DNA of 64,000 nucleotides from Taibaiella sp. (GTDB lineage: Bacteria; Bacteroidota; Bacteroidia; Chitinophagales; Chitinophagaceae). How positions within the stretch are numbered: position 1 is the first letter of the stretch; each line of letters starts with the position of its first letter. The translations under genes and the position numbers were made by a program. Under the pieces are notes generated by a model. That model was not told the DNA's origin. It saw nothing but the letters and a program-made list of their open reading frames with translations, and did not search any database. Shown one piece after another: positions 8,979 to 18,651 of this stretch. The stretch covers positions 14,495 to 78,494 of the forward strand of contig JAIOYR010000004.1 in NCBI GenBank assembly GCA_021740995.1. Direction: 5' to 3'.

Positions 8979-10482
8979 TTCTTAACGGTAATCTGATAAA
9001 AAATTTAGAGCCTATGCCCTTTTTGCTCCACACTTCTATGGTGCCCCCATGTGCGGTGATGATACCCTTTACATAACTCAGGCCCAGCCCAAACCCCTTG
9101 GTATTGTGGGTGTCGCCCTCATGAGCCCTGAAAAATTTATCAAAGATATGTTTTTGGGTTTCGCTGCTCATGCCTATACCACTGTCGGCAACGGTGAGCA
9201 ATAGTTCGTTGTTTTTTTCCTCAAGCCGGATAACTATTTCCGGTATGCCTTGCCTGTATTTGATGGCATTGTCCAGCAGATTCACGATGCTGTTGAGCAG
9301 GTGTGTTTCATCGGCATATACTATTGGGTTTGCCGTGCTTTCAAACATTATCTTACCGCCCAGCGAGTCGCACTGAAGCGTATAGGATGCCATTACTGTA
9401 TGAAGCAGCTGTGCCACATCCACCTCTTCCTTGTGCAACAAAAGGGCTCCCTCGTCCATTACTGCCACCTGCAACGAACGTTCTATGTTTTCCCTTAGCC
9501 TGACGGATTCTGCAGAGATGATATTGAATACATTGCTGGTTTTGGGGTCTAGTGATTTGTTGCTGTCCTCCAGGGTCTCCAGGGCAAGGCTTATATTGGC
9601 CATAGGGGTATTGAACTCGTGGGTAAGGTTGTGAATAAAATCAGACTTCATTTTGGATAGCTGATCCTGCCTGAGGTATAAGCGCACAAATCCGTAAAAG
9701 GAAAAGGTAAGCAGCAGCACTACGGCTATGGACAACAGCAACAGATAGTTTGTGAAATAGACAGCAGGTGTATCTGGAAAAACCAGGGCCAACTTGTAAG
9801 GGGACATAAACCGGTTGTCTGTAAACAGGGCTGTACTAAAGGGTGATGACAACAAAGCGCTGCTATCTGCGACCCGGGTGTGGCAGGCAATCTTGTTGTT
9901 TTCAAGGTTGATGATGCCAAAGCCAAAATGGGGGTCTATATGTTCTTTTTCAAGGCTTGTACGTATGAGGGAATCAACAAAAGCCATGTCTAACAATGAG
10001 TCGATTGGTTTTTTGTTCCTGATGACATCGTTTAATCTTGCCCCGTGCAGTGTTTCATAAAATGAGTTTTTTTCGCTTGCATATCCTGTGGTATCTCTTG
10101 AAATAATCGTTGCCCTCATGTGCACATCCAAAGTAAAGGGCATGGATAAGGTCATAGTGTTCATAAAACCAACCTTTTCTTTATCGCGGGTAAAGGCTTC
10201 GTCATAATATATCCCAACGGTATCTGATTTGCCATACCTATTTTCGTGCATCATAAAAAAACGATCGCCCAAATCCACAAAAACCTTTCCGTATAGCTCA
10301 AAACAAAAGCTGTGATTTACCAGTTGTACACTTACGTTATTAAGTGCATTTCCAACCCGGAGTTGTCTTTCCCGGTATTCCGCTTTCGAAGCCTCTAAGA
10401 GCCACATTACCTGTATAACTATCAGTGAAACCAGCATAGTACTGGTCACAGCCATCAACAAGTAAATCCACTTCTTTCGCAT
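8959..10482 (-). CDS. Membrane sensor histidine kinase
   Basis: Two TM helices, H-box THEFNTP, N-box NLLDNAIKY, DSGIG, GFGLGL. Confidence 0.95.
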   Translation of the reverse strand: MRKKWIYLLMAVTSTMLVSLIVIQVMWLLEASKAEYRERQLRVGNALNNVSVQLVNHSFCFELYGKVFVDLGDRFFMMHENRYGKSDTVGIYYDEAFTRDKEKVGFMNTMTLSMPFTLDVHMRATIISRDTTGYASEKNSFYETLHGARLNDVIRNKKPIDSLLDMAFVDSLIRTSLEKEHIDPHFGFGIINLENNKIACHTRVADSSALLSSPFSTALFTDNRFMSPYKLALVFPDTPAVYFTNYLLLLSIAVVLLLTFSFYGFVRLYLRQDQLSKMKSDFIHNLTHEFNTPMANISLALETLEDSNKSLDPKTSNVFNIISAESVRLRENIERSLQVAVMDEGALLLHKEEVDVAQLLHTVMASYTLQCDSLGGKIMFESTANPIVYADETHLLNSIVNLLDNAIKYRQGIPEIVIRLEEKNNELLLTVADSGIGMSSETQKHIFDKFFRAHEGDTHNTKGFGLGLSYVKGIITAHGGTIEVWSKKGIGSKFFIRLPLRNGNYGK

Positions 10483-10532
10483 ACATCAAATATCGAAAAA
10501 ATAGACAGCATTGCACACAGAAAGGTTGTCAA

Positions 10533-10600
10533 TTAAGTATGTTTTAAGTATTGCAACCGTTATTAACTATGTTTTAAGTATGACTTAAGTATAGTTAACC
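10533..10600. promoter_or_regulatory. Tandem TTAAGTAT direct repeats at 11-bp period, probable OmpR-family operator
   Basis: Copies at 10533, 10544, 10563 (ttaactat), 10574 and 10585, between the divergent TCS and Kelch genes. Confidence 0.7.
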
Positions 10601-10662
10601 AAAAGTCACAAACGCCTGTGTGAGCAGGTGCGTCTTAGATAGAAACTAAAAAAAGATTTTAC

Positions 10663-11946
10663 ATGAAAAGGACATTTTTACAAAAGCTATGGTTGCTTGC
10701 AGTTATGATTTATTTTCCGTTTACGAATGGAGGGATAGTATATGCTCAGGCAATAAAATGGACAGCAAAGGCGGATGTGCCCCTGACAAGCCCCAGTGTG
10801 ATAGGGGGGCGAAACGCTATGTGTTTTGCAATAAACGGCAAGATATACGTGGGTGGCGGCTACATTGCTTCTCTTACAAACTCGAGAGAATTTTACGAAT
10901 ACGATACAACAACAAATGTGTGGACACAAAAAGCTGACTTGCCAGGTGTTTTAAACCGGTCTGCAGGTGTAGGGTTTGCCATAAACGGCAAGGGGTATAT
11001 GGGGTTAGGGGCCGAGTTCTTTCTTGATATCAGTGGCGGGCAGATAGACCTTGCCGACATGTGGGAATACAACCCCGCAACGGATGTGTGGATAGCTAAG
11101 GCGCCGATGCCGGATAGCGGCAAAGTAGGAGCAGGCTGTTTTGTGGTAAACAACAAAGCATACATAGTGGGTGGTGGCAGTAATAAACTTTGGGAGTTCG
11201 ACCCGGCAGCAGATACATGGGCACCAAAAGCACCCTTCCCATTGGGGAAAATTGAAAGCCCTTTTGCATTTACACTGGGCACAGGTAGCAGCGCGAGGGG
11301 TTATGTGTCGTGCGGCATAGTAGCCGGGGCAAACAGCAAAAAAACATATGCCTATGACCCTGTAGCGAATAGCTGGGCAGCTAAAAGTGACTATCCGGGC
11401 TCGGCGGTGAGAGGGGGCGTAGCATTCACTATGAACAATAAGGCATATTGCGGCATGGCCGGTTTGTCTTACAATGTATATACCGATACATTCTATGCCT
11501 ATAATGCAGTATCGGGCAGTTGGGGCAGTGCCATCACCAACTTCCCGGCTCCAAAGCGTGGATATGGAATTGCGGCATCTTTTGGTAACAAAGCCTTTCT
11601 GGGTGCAGGCTGGACCTACACTACAGGCGCAGGTGAAACTTTCTACAGGGACTGGTACCGGGCTGTGGATACGTCTGTAACTGCAAGTATTGAAACGCAT
11701 ACCCAGGGCAACGGCATAAAAGTGTTTCCCAATCCGGCACAAAAGCAATTATATATAGACATTGAAAACAAAGCAATAATTACCGGGGAAATTGCCCTGT
11801 TCAATCTTGTAGGACGAGCAACTTACGCCACAAATTGGAACAAGGGCATCCCGGTAAATATTGGCAGCCTGCCAGCCGGGCAGTATGTGGTAAGGCTGGT
11901 AACGGAACAGGGGGTATTTTATGAAAAGATAATGGTAACAGAATAG
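10663..11946 (+). CDS. Kelch-repeat beta-propeller protein with T9SS type A C-terminal sorting domain
   Basis: Repeated INGKIYVGGG/FWEYNP..W..KA units; CTD IKVFPNPA...LPAGQYVVRL; signal peptide. Confidence 0.92.
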   Translation: MKRTFLQKLWLLAVMIYFPFTNGGIVYAQAIKWTAKADVPLTSPSVIGGRNAMCFAINGKIYVGGGYIASLTNSREFYEYDTTTNVWTQKADLPGVLNRSAGVGFAINGKGYMGLGAEFFLDISGGQIDLADMWEYNPATDVWIAKAPMPDSGKVGAGCFVVNNKAYIVGGGSNKLWEFDPAADTWAPKAPFPLGKIESPFAFTLGTGSSARGYVSCGIVAGANSKKTYAYDPVANSWAAKSDYPGSAVRGGVAFTMNNKAYCGMAGLSYNVYTDTFYAYNAVSGSWGSAITNFPAPKRGYGIAASFGNKAFLGAGWTYTTGAGETFYRDWYRAVDTSVTASIETHTQGNGIKVFPNPAQKQLYIDIENKAIITGEIALFNLVGRATYATNWNKGIPVNIGSLPAGQYVVRLVTEQGVFYEKIMVTE

Positions 11947-12523
11947 GGGTATAGGGTGAAAGGTGGGGGTTGTCCCGGAAGAGGCAGCCCCTGCTATTTT
12001 GGTGTTTGCCGTTTATAATGCGCATCTGACCACGAAAGTGGCAAAGTGCATTTCTATAGCTGACAGGGCCAGAATTAGCCATGCCTGGTATTTCCTTACC
12101 CGAGCACCGCACATCAGGAGCTGCGAGTAAGTAAGGCCCGTTATAGGATCGGCTTCAAACTGATGCTGCCTAAAGCAGGCTATCCCACTTCTGTCTTCTG
12201 CTCCGTTTTACCGCTTTGTCTGAGAAAGACCAGAAAACTTCCGGGTAATGCCGTCGGATAAATCGCCAAGCCATATATCCCTATGACTGCTGTCGCTTTC
12301 ACCCTGCGGGTCTCAGGCTTTCTCTTGTTTTTGCCGCGGCTGGCAGCACGCTTGCAAAATGCAGAATTTCGGTTTTTTCTGCTTAGGCGCATGAAGTACA
12401 CTTCGGCCTGTCAGAAAGAAGCAATGCTCCCACCTGCACAGTGTATACTTCCATCTTGCTTAAAAATGTTATGCGCTTTAAGACAAAAAAGAACTATTTT
12501 CATAGTACAATAAGCTATAGCGT

Positions 12524-14002
12524 ATGCCTTATTCCCCCAAACACAGCGGCGCAATGGCGCAGGGCACCAGCGGTCAATATGGCGATTTTGAGCTGGTTTT
12601 CCCCTGCTCAAAGGGTGGCTTCTGTTATTATACAGGCGATAATCAGCAAAGAGATACACGCTGGATGAACCAGCTTTGCGAGGGCAAAGGCAACATTACA
12701 GGTATAGCCATGATACAAGGCAACTATGGCACTATGGGCAATCTGGAGGTGGTGGCGGTAAAGGGCAAAGACCTGGTGCACTACTGGCGCGAAGACACAG
12801 GCGAAAGGAAATGGCATGGGCCTTTCCTGATAACCAGCGGTGTGCAGGGTGTACCCTCTATTGTGCAGGCAGGAGCGGGTGTCTTTGCCAATTTTGAGGT
12901 TGTGGTGCCCCGGCGCGGCGGCGGGCTGCTATATTTGCAGCGCGACAACAGCCGCAATGGCGGCTTTGCATGGTCGCAACCACAGCAGTTTGGTGTGGGC
13001 AATATAAGTGGTTGCTCATTGCTTCGGCCAAATGTGGGGAGCCTGAGGGGATCGCTGGAGGTGGTGGCCATACACAGTGGCCATCTGGTACATTACAAGC
13101 GCGAGGCTGGCAGTACGCTGTGGGAATATGCTACCACTTTCGGCAATGGCATCAGTGGTTCGCCTGCATTCATACAGGCATCTGTGGGCAGCAAAACAAT
13201 GTTTGAGATAGTGGCACCCCTCGCATCTGGCGGACTGGTGCACTTCAGGCGGCTACACAATAGCCGCAACTCGCTTTGGACACAGGTTGCCACTTTTGGC
13301 GAGGGAAAGTATTCGGCGGTATCGCTGGTGCAGCACAATGACAGGGAAGGGAAAATGGATGTGGTAGCGGTGAAGAAAAAAGGTGCTGACCACTATATAT
13401 GTGGCCCGGAGCCCGACTACGAGTGGACAGGCCCCTTTGAGTTGCCAAGTCTGGCACGGGTGCGTTTACATGTGAAAGTGTTGTGGACCAGTACACTTTA
13501 TGCTTTAAGTCCGGAAATAGCCGTTTTAATAGCAAGAGATATGTTTTTGAATATTGGCATACACATAGAAGTTCTTTCTATTGAGAACCTCAATTTGCCA
13601 GATCTGATGGTTCTGGACCTTATGACACCGTCGGGTAATTATTGCAAAGAATCCTACGTTTCGGAGGAGATGGAACAACTGTATGAACACCGAAACAATG
13701 TGGGCGACGACGAAATAGTAGCATACTTTGTTGACGCTACTATTCCTGCACTTGGCGGCTGCGCCACATACCCTCGAAACAAACCCGGTTTTGTAGTTTC
13801 AGGCAGCGATTCAGGTTCCGCAATCTCCTATATTATTCTACATGAATTGGGACACGTTTTGGGCCTGAATCACACAAAAAAAACTGATCGCCTGATGAAC
13901 GATGACCTAAATAACGTTAATCTCAATCAGGATGTTATGATATCGGGAATGGAATTGTCAAAAATGCTGAGAAGCCGCTATGTAACCAAACCTTGCTGTT
14001 AA
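12524..14002 (+). CDS. Six-repeat beta-propeller (lectin-like) fused to a metzincin (M10/matrixin-like) zinc protease
   Basis: Six ~46-aa repeats (GDFELVF, GNLEVVA, ANFEVVV, GSLEVVA, TMFEIVA, GKMDVVA); HELGHVLGLNH plus Met-turn RLMN. Confidence 0.82.
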   Translation: MPYSPKHSGAMAQGTSGQYGDFELVFPCSKGGFCYYTGDNQQRDTRWMNQLCEGKGNITGIAMIQGNYGTMGNLEVVAVKGKDLVHYWREDTGERKWHGPFLITSGVQGVPSIVQAGAGVFANFEVVVPRRGGGLLYLQRDNSRNGGFAWSQPQQFGVGNISGCSLLRPNVGSLRGSLEVVAIHSGHLVHYKREAGSTLWEYATTFGNGISGSPAFIQASVGSKTMFEIVAPLASGGLVHFRRLHNSRNSLWTQVATFGEGKYSAVSLVQHNDREGKMDVVAVKKKGADHYICGPEPDYEWTGPFELPSLARVRLHVKVLWTSTLYALSPEIAVLIARDMFLNIGIHIEVLSIENLNLPDLMVLDLMTPSGNYCKESYVSEEMEQLYEHRNNVGDDEIVAYFVDATIPALGGCATYPRNKPGFVVSGSDSGSAISYIILHELGHVLGLNHTKKTDRLMNDDLNNVNLNQDVMISGMELSKMLRSRYVTKPCC

Positions 14003-14021
14003 TTTTAATAAACTGCGAACT

Positions 14022-14456
14022 ATGAAAAACGAAATAATAAAAATACTATCAGCAGTAGAACCGCAATACCAGCAGGCACAGGAATATAACAAAACAGCTA
14101 TCCCCACACTGCTGCAGCTACTGAAAGGTGCTGACACGACTATGGCAGCTAAGGCGGTGTATTTTGCCGGCTATATGAACATTCCGGAGTCGCTGACAGT
14201 ACTGAAAGCTGCAGCCAAACACCCCGAAATAACAGTGAGAATAGCCTGTGCCGGTGCAGTGCAGTTTGCCACACAACTGAATGGTGCCTTGCTGCTGAAG
14301 CAGCTGCTGCAGGACACACAAGCCAATGTGCGCATGGTAACACTGAAAATGATACGTAAACTACCCGCAAATACACTGAAAGCGGATATTGATAAATTAA
14401 AGGCGGCTGAAAAAGATGAAAATGTAAAGGCATATATGGTCAGGAGTTTTCAATAG
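14022..14456 (+). CDS. HEAT-repeat protein
   Basis: AIPTLLQLLK, VRIACAGA, LLKQLLQD..ANVRMVTLK helical repeats; 19 bp after the protease gene. Confidence 0.78.
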   Translation: MKNEIIKILSAVEPQYQQAQEYNKTAIPTLLQLLKGADTTMAAKAVYFAGYMNIPESLTVLKAAAKHPEITVRIACAGAVQFATQLNGALLLKQLLQDTQANVRMVTLKMIRKLPANTLKADIDKLKAAEKDENVKAYMVRSFQ

Positions 14457-14640
14457 TAGTTTCCGTACTGCCGCACAGCATTCAATTGACACTGGTCTCA
14501 GTCTTGCAAAAACCAAATTTCAGTATTTTGTACCTGCTTGCGTTATACGCAAGCGATACGCTTCCATGTATCAGGAAGTAGCGATACTTCAACGGGTCGA
14601 CGAAAAACTAACTTATTTCCTGTGATTTGTCATCGTTCCC

Positions 14641-14648
14641 TATCTTTG
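14641..14648 (+). promoter_or_regulatory. Sigma-A -7 element
   Basis: TATCTTTG matches TAnnTTTG, 17 bp before the ATG. Confidence 0.6.
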
Positions 14649-14665
14649 CAAAATAAAAACAACGT

Positions 14666-15253
14666 ATGAAATACACACTTATGTCCACGGCAGTAGCCGC
14701 CCTTTTTTGTACCACCTCCGCCATAGCGCAGACTGGTCCACTCAAAAAAATAGTACCCGTAGTAACACTGGGTGTAAAAGCCGGCGTTAATTTGCAGCAG
14801 GCAAACGGCTCTGCTTTCAACAGCTCTTATGCTGCAGGCATATTGGGCGGAGCATTTGTGGGTGTATCCAAAAAGAAAATGGGTGTAAGGGTAGAAGGTC
14901 TGGTGAAATCTGCAAAGATAGATGTCTCGGCAGGTGCGGGTACTGCTACTATCAATACTGTAGGTATTGATATCCCTGTTTTATTCGAATATTCGCTAAT
15001 CAAAAGGCTTAAGCTGCATGTAGGTCCACAGTTCACCACCATCCTATCTGCCAAGAGTGGCGGCGCTGATGTAAAGAACACAATCGCATCGTCCGACATA
15101 TCTTTAGCTGCCGGTGCCGAAGTACACTTGCCGCTGAAACTCACTATAGGCGCCAGGTATATCAAGGGCCTTACCGACCAGGATAAGTTGAGTGTAGGCA
15201 AATGGACCACATCTACCATACAGCTTACTGTAGGTTACCGCTTTCTTAACTAA
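14666..15253 (+). CDS. Outer-membrane beta-barrel (porin family/PorT-like) protein
   Basis: Signal peptide, LGVKAGVN, IDIPVLFEY, HVGPQF, C-terminal LTVGYRF. Confidence 0.85.
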   Translation: MKYTLMSTAVAALFCTTSAIAQTGPLKKIVPVVTLGVKAGVNLQQANGSAFNSSYAAGILGGAFVGVSKKKMGVRVEGLVKSAKIDVSAGAGTATINTVGIDIPVLFEYSLIKRLKLHVGPQFTTILSAKSGGADVKNTIASSDISLAAGAEVHLPLKLTIGARYIKGLTDQDKLSVGKWTTSTIQLTVGYRFLN

Positions 15254-15277
15254 TGAATAGCCAATAGTCAAAATCCC

Positions 15278-15318
15278 AAAAACGACCGCTCCGGTAATAC
15301 CCGAGCGGTCATTTTTTT
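15278..15318 (+). terminator. Intrinsic terminator
   Basis: gaccgctc(c)gg-taata-cc(c)gagcggtc followed by attttttt. Confidence 0.8.
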
Positions 15319-15489
15319 GAGGGTGATATTTTTTGAAGATATCCCAATACTGGACTTAGAATCTTGCTTCATTCTTACCAGGCAAGTGCAACGTGTATCC
15401 GCTGTTTTTGAAATTGGCAGGCCAAACAATATTTTATATCCTCAATATAATTAATTTTGTTTAATTTTACGGTCAAAGTATTAAACAAA

Positions 15490-16686
15490 ATGACGAAAGT
15501 ATACGGACTCATCAGAAGCACACTTGTAGTGTTTTTTTGTGTATTGCAGGTATTTGCATCCCGTGCTCAGACCTATCAGGTAGGGCACATCACTGCTACA
15601 TTTACAGATGCCGACAGAAGCAACCGGTCTGTACCCACCGAAATATATTATCCCGCAGACATGGCCGGCGACAATGTACCATTTTCTACAGCGCTCACCG
15701 GCAATGCACCCTCTATCAGTTTTGGTCATGGCTTTGTGATGACGCAGGATGCCTATGCCAATATCAGAAATGCCGTTGTCTCAAAGGGATATATCATCGC
15801 CTTCCCTACCACCGAGGGCTCATTCTCGCCTTCGCATGCCGAGTTTGGCAAGGACCTCGCCTTTGTGCTGCGCAAAGTTAAAGAGCTGGGCACGCTCAGT
15901 TCATCTGTTCTATACAATCGGGTACATACGGCTACATGCGTCATGGGGCACAGCATGGGTGGCGGAGCCGCATTTCTGGCTATGTCCTCCGATACGTCTA
16001 TAACAGCCATAGTCACCTTTGCTGCTGCCGAGACCACACCCTCGGCCATAGGTGCCGCTGCCACAGTAGCCGCACCGGCGCTTGTGTATGCCGGCGAGAA
16101 CGATTGTGTTACCCCTCCCGCCACCAATCAGCAGCTCATGTATGCCGCACTTGTTTCGGCATGCAAGCACTATATTAGCATTAAGGGGGGCAGCCATTGC
16201 CAGATGGCCGGCACCAGCATCACCTGTAGCTTTGGCGAATCTACCTGCACACCTGCTCCCGGTATCACCCGTGCTGCCCAGCACACCAAAATAGACCAAT
16301 ACCTTATCCCCTGGCTCAATTATACCCTGAAGGGAAACTGCGCCGAGGGAACATCATTCGAAACTATGCTTGCCACCGATGCTGATGTTACCAGCACAAA
16401 AAATTGCACACTATGCAGCACCGCGGCACTGCCGCAAAGCTCTGGCAGCAGCGGTATAGGTGTGTACCCAAACCCAGCCGGAAGTACCATCACCTTCAGG
16501 CTACCAACATCACAGCCTGCAATCATAACCCTTTATTCATCCATTGGCAGCAAGGTATATGAAACCACTGCAACTGGTGGCACTACTATAATCAATACGG
16601 CAGGCTTACCTGGTGGTATGTATTCCTATTATATCAATGGCCTTCAGGCAATAGCTATTCGGGGCACTATACTTGTGCAGCGATGA
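15490..16686 (+). CDS. Secreted cutinase/chlorophyllase-like alpha/beta hydrolase with T9SS CTD
   Basis: GHGF, GHSMGGG, GENDC (Asp), GGSHC (His); CTD VYPNPA...LPGGMYSY. Start moved to the in-frame ATG at 15490. Confidence 0.88.
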   Translation: MTKVYGLIRSTLVVFFCVLQVFASRAQTYQVGHITATFTDADRSNRSVPTEIYYPADMAGDNVPFSTALTGNAPSISFGHGFVMTQDAYANIRNAVVSKGYIIAFPTTEGSFSPSHAEFGKDLAFVLRKVKELGTLSSSVLYNRVHTATCVMGHSMGGGAAFLAMSSDTSITAIVTFAAAETTPSAIGAAATVAAPALVYAGENDCVTPPATNQQLMYAALVSACKHYISIKGGSHCQMAGTSITCSFGESTCTPAPGITRAAQHTKIDQYLIPWLNYTLKGNCAEGTSFETMLATDADVTSTKNCTLCSTAALPQSSGSSGIGVYPNPAGSTITFRLPTSQPAIITLYSSIGSKVYETTATGGTTIINTAGLPGGMYSYYINGLQAIAIRGTILVQR

Positions 16687-17075
16687 CCGTTTATTGAGCC
16701 AATCATGATGCTGATAGAGTGCTGCCGAGGGGTACTTCACTGTAAAACTAAAAGTAAAGAAACAATCAATGGGATACTACCTGGTAGCATTACCTACTAT
16801 ATTGCAGAGGACAGCATCAGTAATAGGAATGTAACTTCAGGCACACTCAAGAGAGGATTGTCTGGCAATGTTTACGATTATACGTTCACTTGCAATACCC
16901 CATACTCAATCTTAAGCTGCTGTGTTGCCATACTACCCCAGCGATGGCGAGGACATCGTCACTCCCGCTCTCCGGGAGCCCCGATGACTATAGGGAGGGG
17001 AGATTCCGATATGCGAGGATATGAATTGCACCCCTCCCGTAATACGTGCATATCTATAGCCTATCCCCGTCGTCA

Positions 17076-17262
17076 GCGCTTTTCATAACGCACAAAGATG
17101 GATATTGAGATAGAGCGGGCCAGACGTTGTAGCAGCAGCAGGGCTATGAGCAGAGCTGCATTTACGCCCAGCCACCACCATACACGGTTGTCCCTAAATG
17201 ACATCCCTATTGTAAGCATCCACACTACAAAGATGAAGCCACTAAGCATCACAGACAACGAT
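17076..17262 (-). pseudogene. 5'-truncated, diverged copy of the 3' half of the DUF983 gene at 19392-19787
   Basis: SVMLSGFIFVVWMLTIGMSFRDNRVWWWLGVNAA versus SVMLSGFSFVMWMLTIGMSFRDNRVWWWLGANAA; the N-terminal zinc ribbon is missing. Confidence 0.85.
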
Positions 17263-17428
17263 CAGGCAGTACCACGGCGTATCATAGGCAGTTAGGTATG
17301 TGCATGACACCGCTACTCACGTCAATCCGTTGCCGATAACGATCGGCAGCCTACTTCTATGAAGTAGTCGGGAGACTACTTAAAGCAGGGCGCGCCCTGC
17401 TGCCTCGACAGAGCACCAGGTGCATAGC

Positions 17429-17463
17429 AAAAGCCGCTCCCAATAGGCATTGGAAGCGGCTTG
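17429..17463 (-). terminator. Terminator of the 348-aa lipoprotein gene
   Basis: aagccgct(c)ccaat-aggc-attgg(a)agcggctt hairpin with an A-run on the left. Confidence 0.65.
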
Positions 17464-17511
17464 TACTTTATAATGAAATTGCATTGTTCCGAACTTCATC
17501 GGCTAGTCATT

Positions 17512-18558
17512 CTACAGTCCGTAAACAAACCCGATAACGGTGCCGAAAGTTGTACTTGAATTGAACGCTGTTTTGCCATATACCTGTTCCCATGTTTGTG
17601 TACTTACAAAGCGTTGCACACCTTGCTGCGTATTGAAGTGGGTGGCTACAAATTTCATCACGGGCTGTTCCTTGCCCGAAACGGGTTCTGGCTTGTATGT
17701 CAGCGTTTTTACCATCATGGCAGGGTCGCCGCTGACCGTTACTACTACATAGCCATATTCGTCCTGAATCTTCACTTTTGATACCTTGGGTTCTTGCTTT
17801 ACTGTATGCCCTTTAGGCAAAATAAATATTGTGTTGCTCTCAACCACATCACATTTTTCAGATCCTTTTGTGCCATTATAAAACAGAGCAAAGTTCGTGT
17901 ACGTGTTAATTGACGCTTTTTCATGTCCCTCAACCTTTCCTTTAATGCTTGCAGCTCCGGTAATACCCTCAGCAATATCCCAACTGGTTCGGCTTACATC
18001 TATTGATGGATCCGAAAAGGTGAACAGAATTTGGCCAAATGAAAAACTTGACTTGCCAAATACCGTCACATTCGAAGGGGCAACGCTTATTGTAGAGCGT
18101 ACATCAATCATCTCATATGCCAGGTTGCCATTGTATTCAAAAACGGGGAAAGTAATGACTTTCTTGTCTGCCAGTTCTTTTACATCCTTTACTGTCAGCT
18201 CCACGGAAAGCGGTTTCTCTTTGCTGTCCTTCGTACCACTGAGCGACAGTGTAACAGCAGCAACACCCATTTTGTCTGCATCATCAGTTTTCTTGCCATT
18301 TAATTTCAGACCATGTATTTTGATACTAGCCTCATATTTGTTATCAGATATCTCTTTTATTATTAGGTCGTAATCAAACTCAATACCTTCTCCGGTTTTC
18401 TTATTCTGCCTGATAACCTGAGTGGCCTTGCTGCCATTAAAGTCCGCTTCTGTTATTACTTCGGAATGTACCACAGATGCAGGTGCCGGTGTGGGTTGTT
18501 TTTTGCAGGAGGTGATGCAAATCATAGCTGCTGCCAGTGTAATAATGATGTTTTTCAT
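17512..18558 (-). CDS. Hypothetical lipoprotein
   Basis: 348-aa ORF with lipobox ITSC followed by KK; no recognised domain. Confidence 0.8.
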   Translation of the reverse strand: MKNIIITLAAAMICITSCKKQPTPAPASVVHSEVITEADFNGSKATQVIRQNKKTGEGIEFDYDLIIKEISDNKYEASIKIHGLKLNGKKTDDADKMGVAAVTLSLSGTKDSKEKPLSVELTVKDVKELADKKVITFPVFEYNGNLAYEMIDVRSTISVAPSNVTVFGKSSFSFGQILFTFSDPSIDVSRTSWDIAEGITGAASIKGKVEGHEKASINTYTNFALFYNGTKGSEKCDVVESNTIFILPKGHTVKQEPKVSKVKIQDEYGYVVVTVSGDPAMMVKTLTYKPEPVSGKEQPVMKFVATHFNTQQGVQRFVSTQTWEQVYGKTAFNSSTTFGTVIGFVYGL

Positions 18559-18621
18559 AGAATGTTATTTTGATTTGTTTTTGTAAAAGTACATGGGCGC
18601 ATAGCAGGCACCTTTATACAT

Positions 18622-18651
18622 TTCATGAACGGTAGTTCTGAATTCATGAAC
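18622..18651. promoter_or_regulatory. Pair of 9-bp direct repeats (TTCATGAAC) at 21-bp period, LytTR-type site
   Basis: Copies at 18622 and 18643 with a 12-bp spacer, upstream of the lipoprotein gene. Confidence 0.55.

Noticed and set aside
11963-12000. CCCGGAAGAGGCAGC resembles SRP RNA helix 8
   Set aside because: It lacks the CAGG/AGCAG internal loop and is better read as the terminator hairpin after the Kelch gene.
16705-17088. 127-aa plus-strand ORF
   Set aside because: No motif, and its 3' half runs through hairpin repeats.
17329-17361. Hairpin + CCTACTTCTAT resembles a group II intron domain VI and 3' end
   Set aside because: No domain V helix upstream and no reverse transcriptase ORF.
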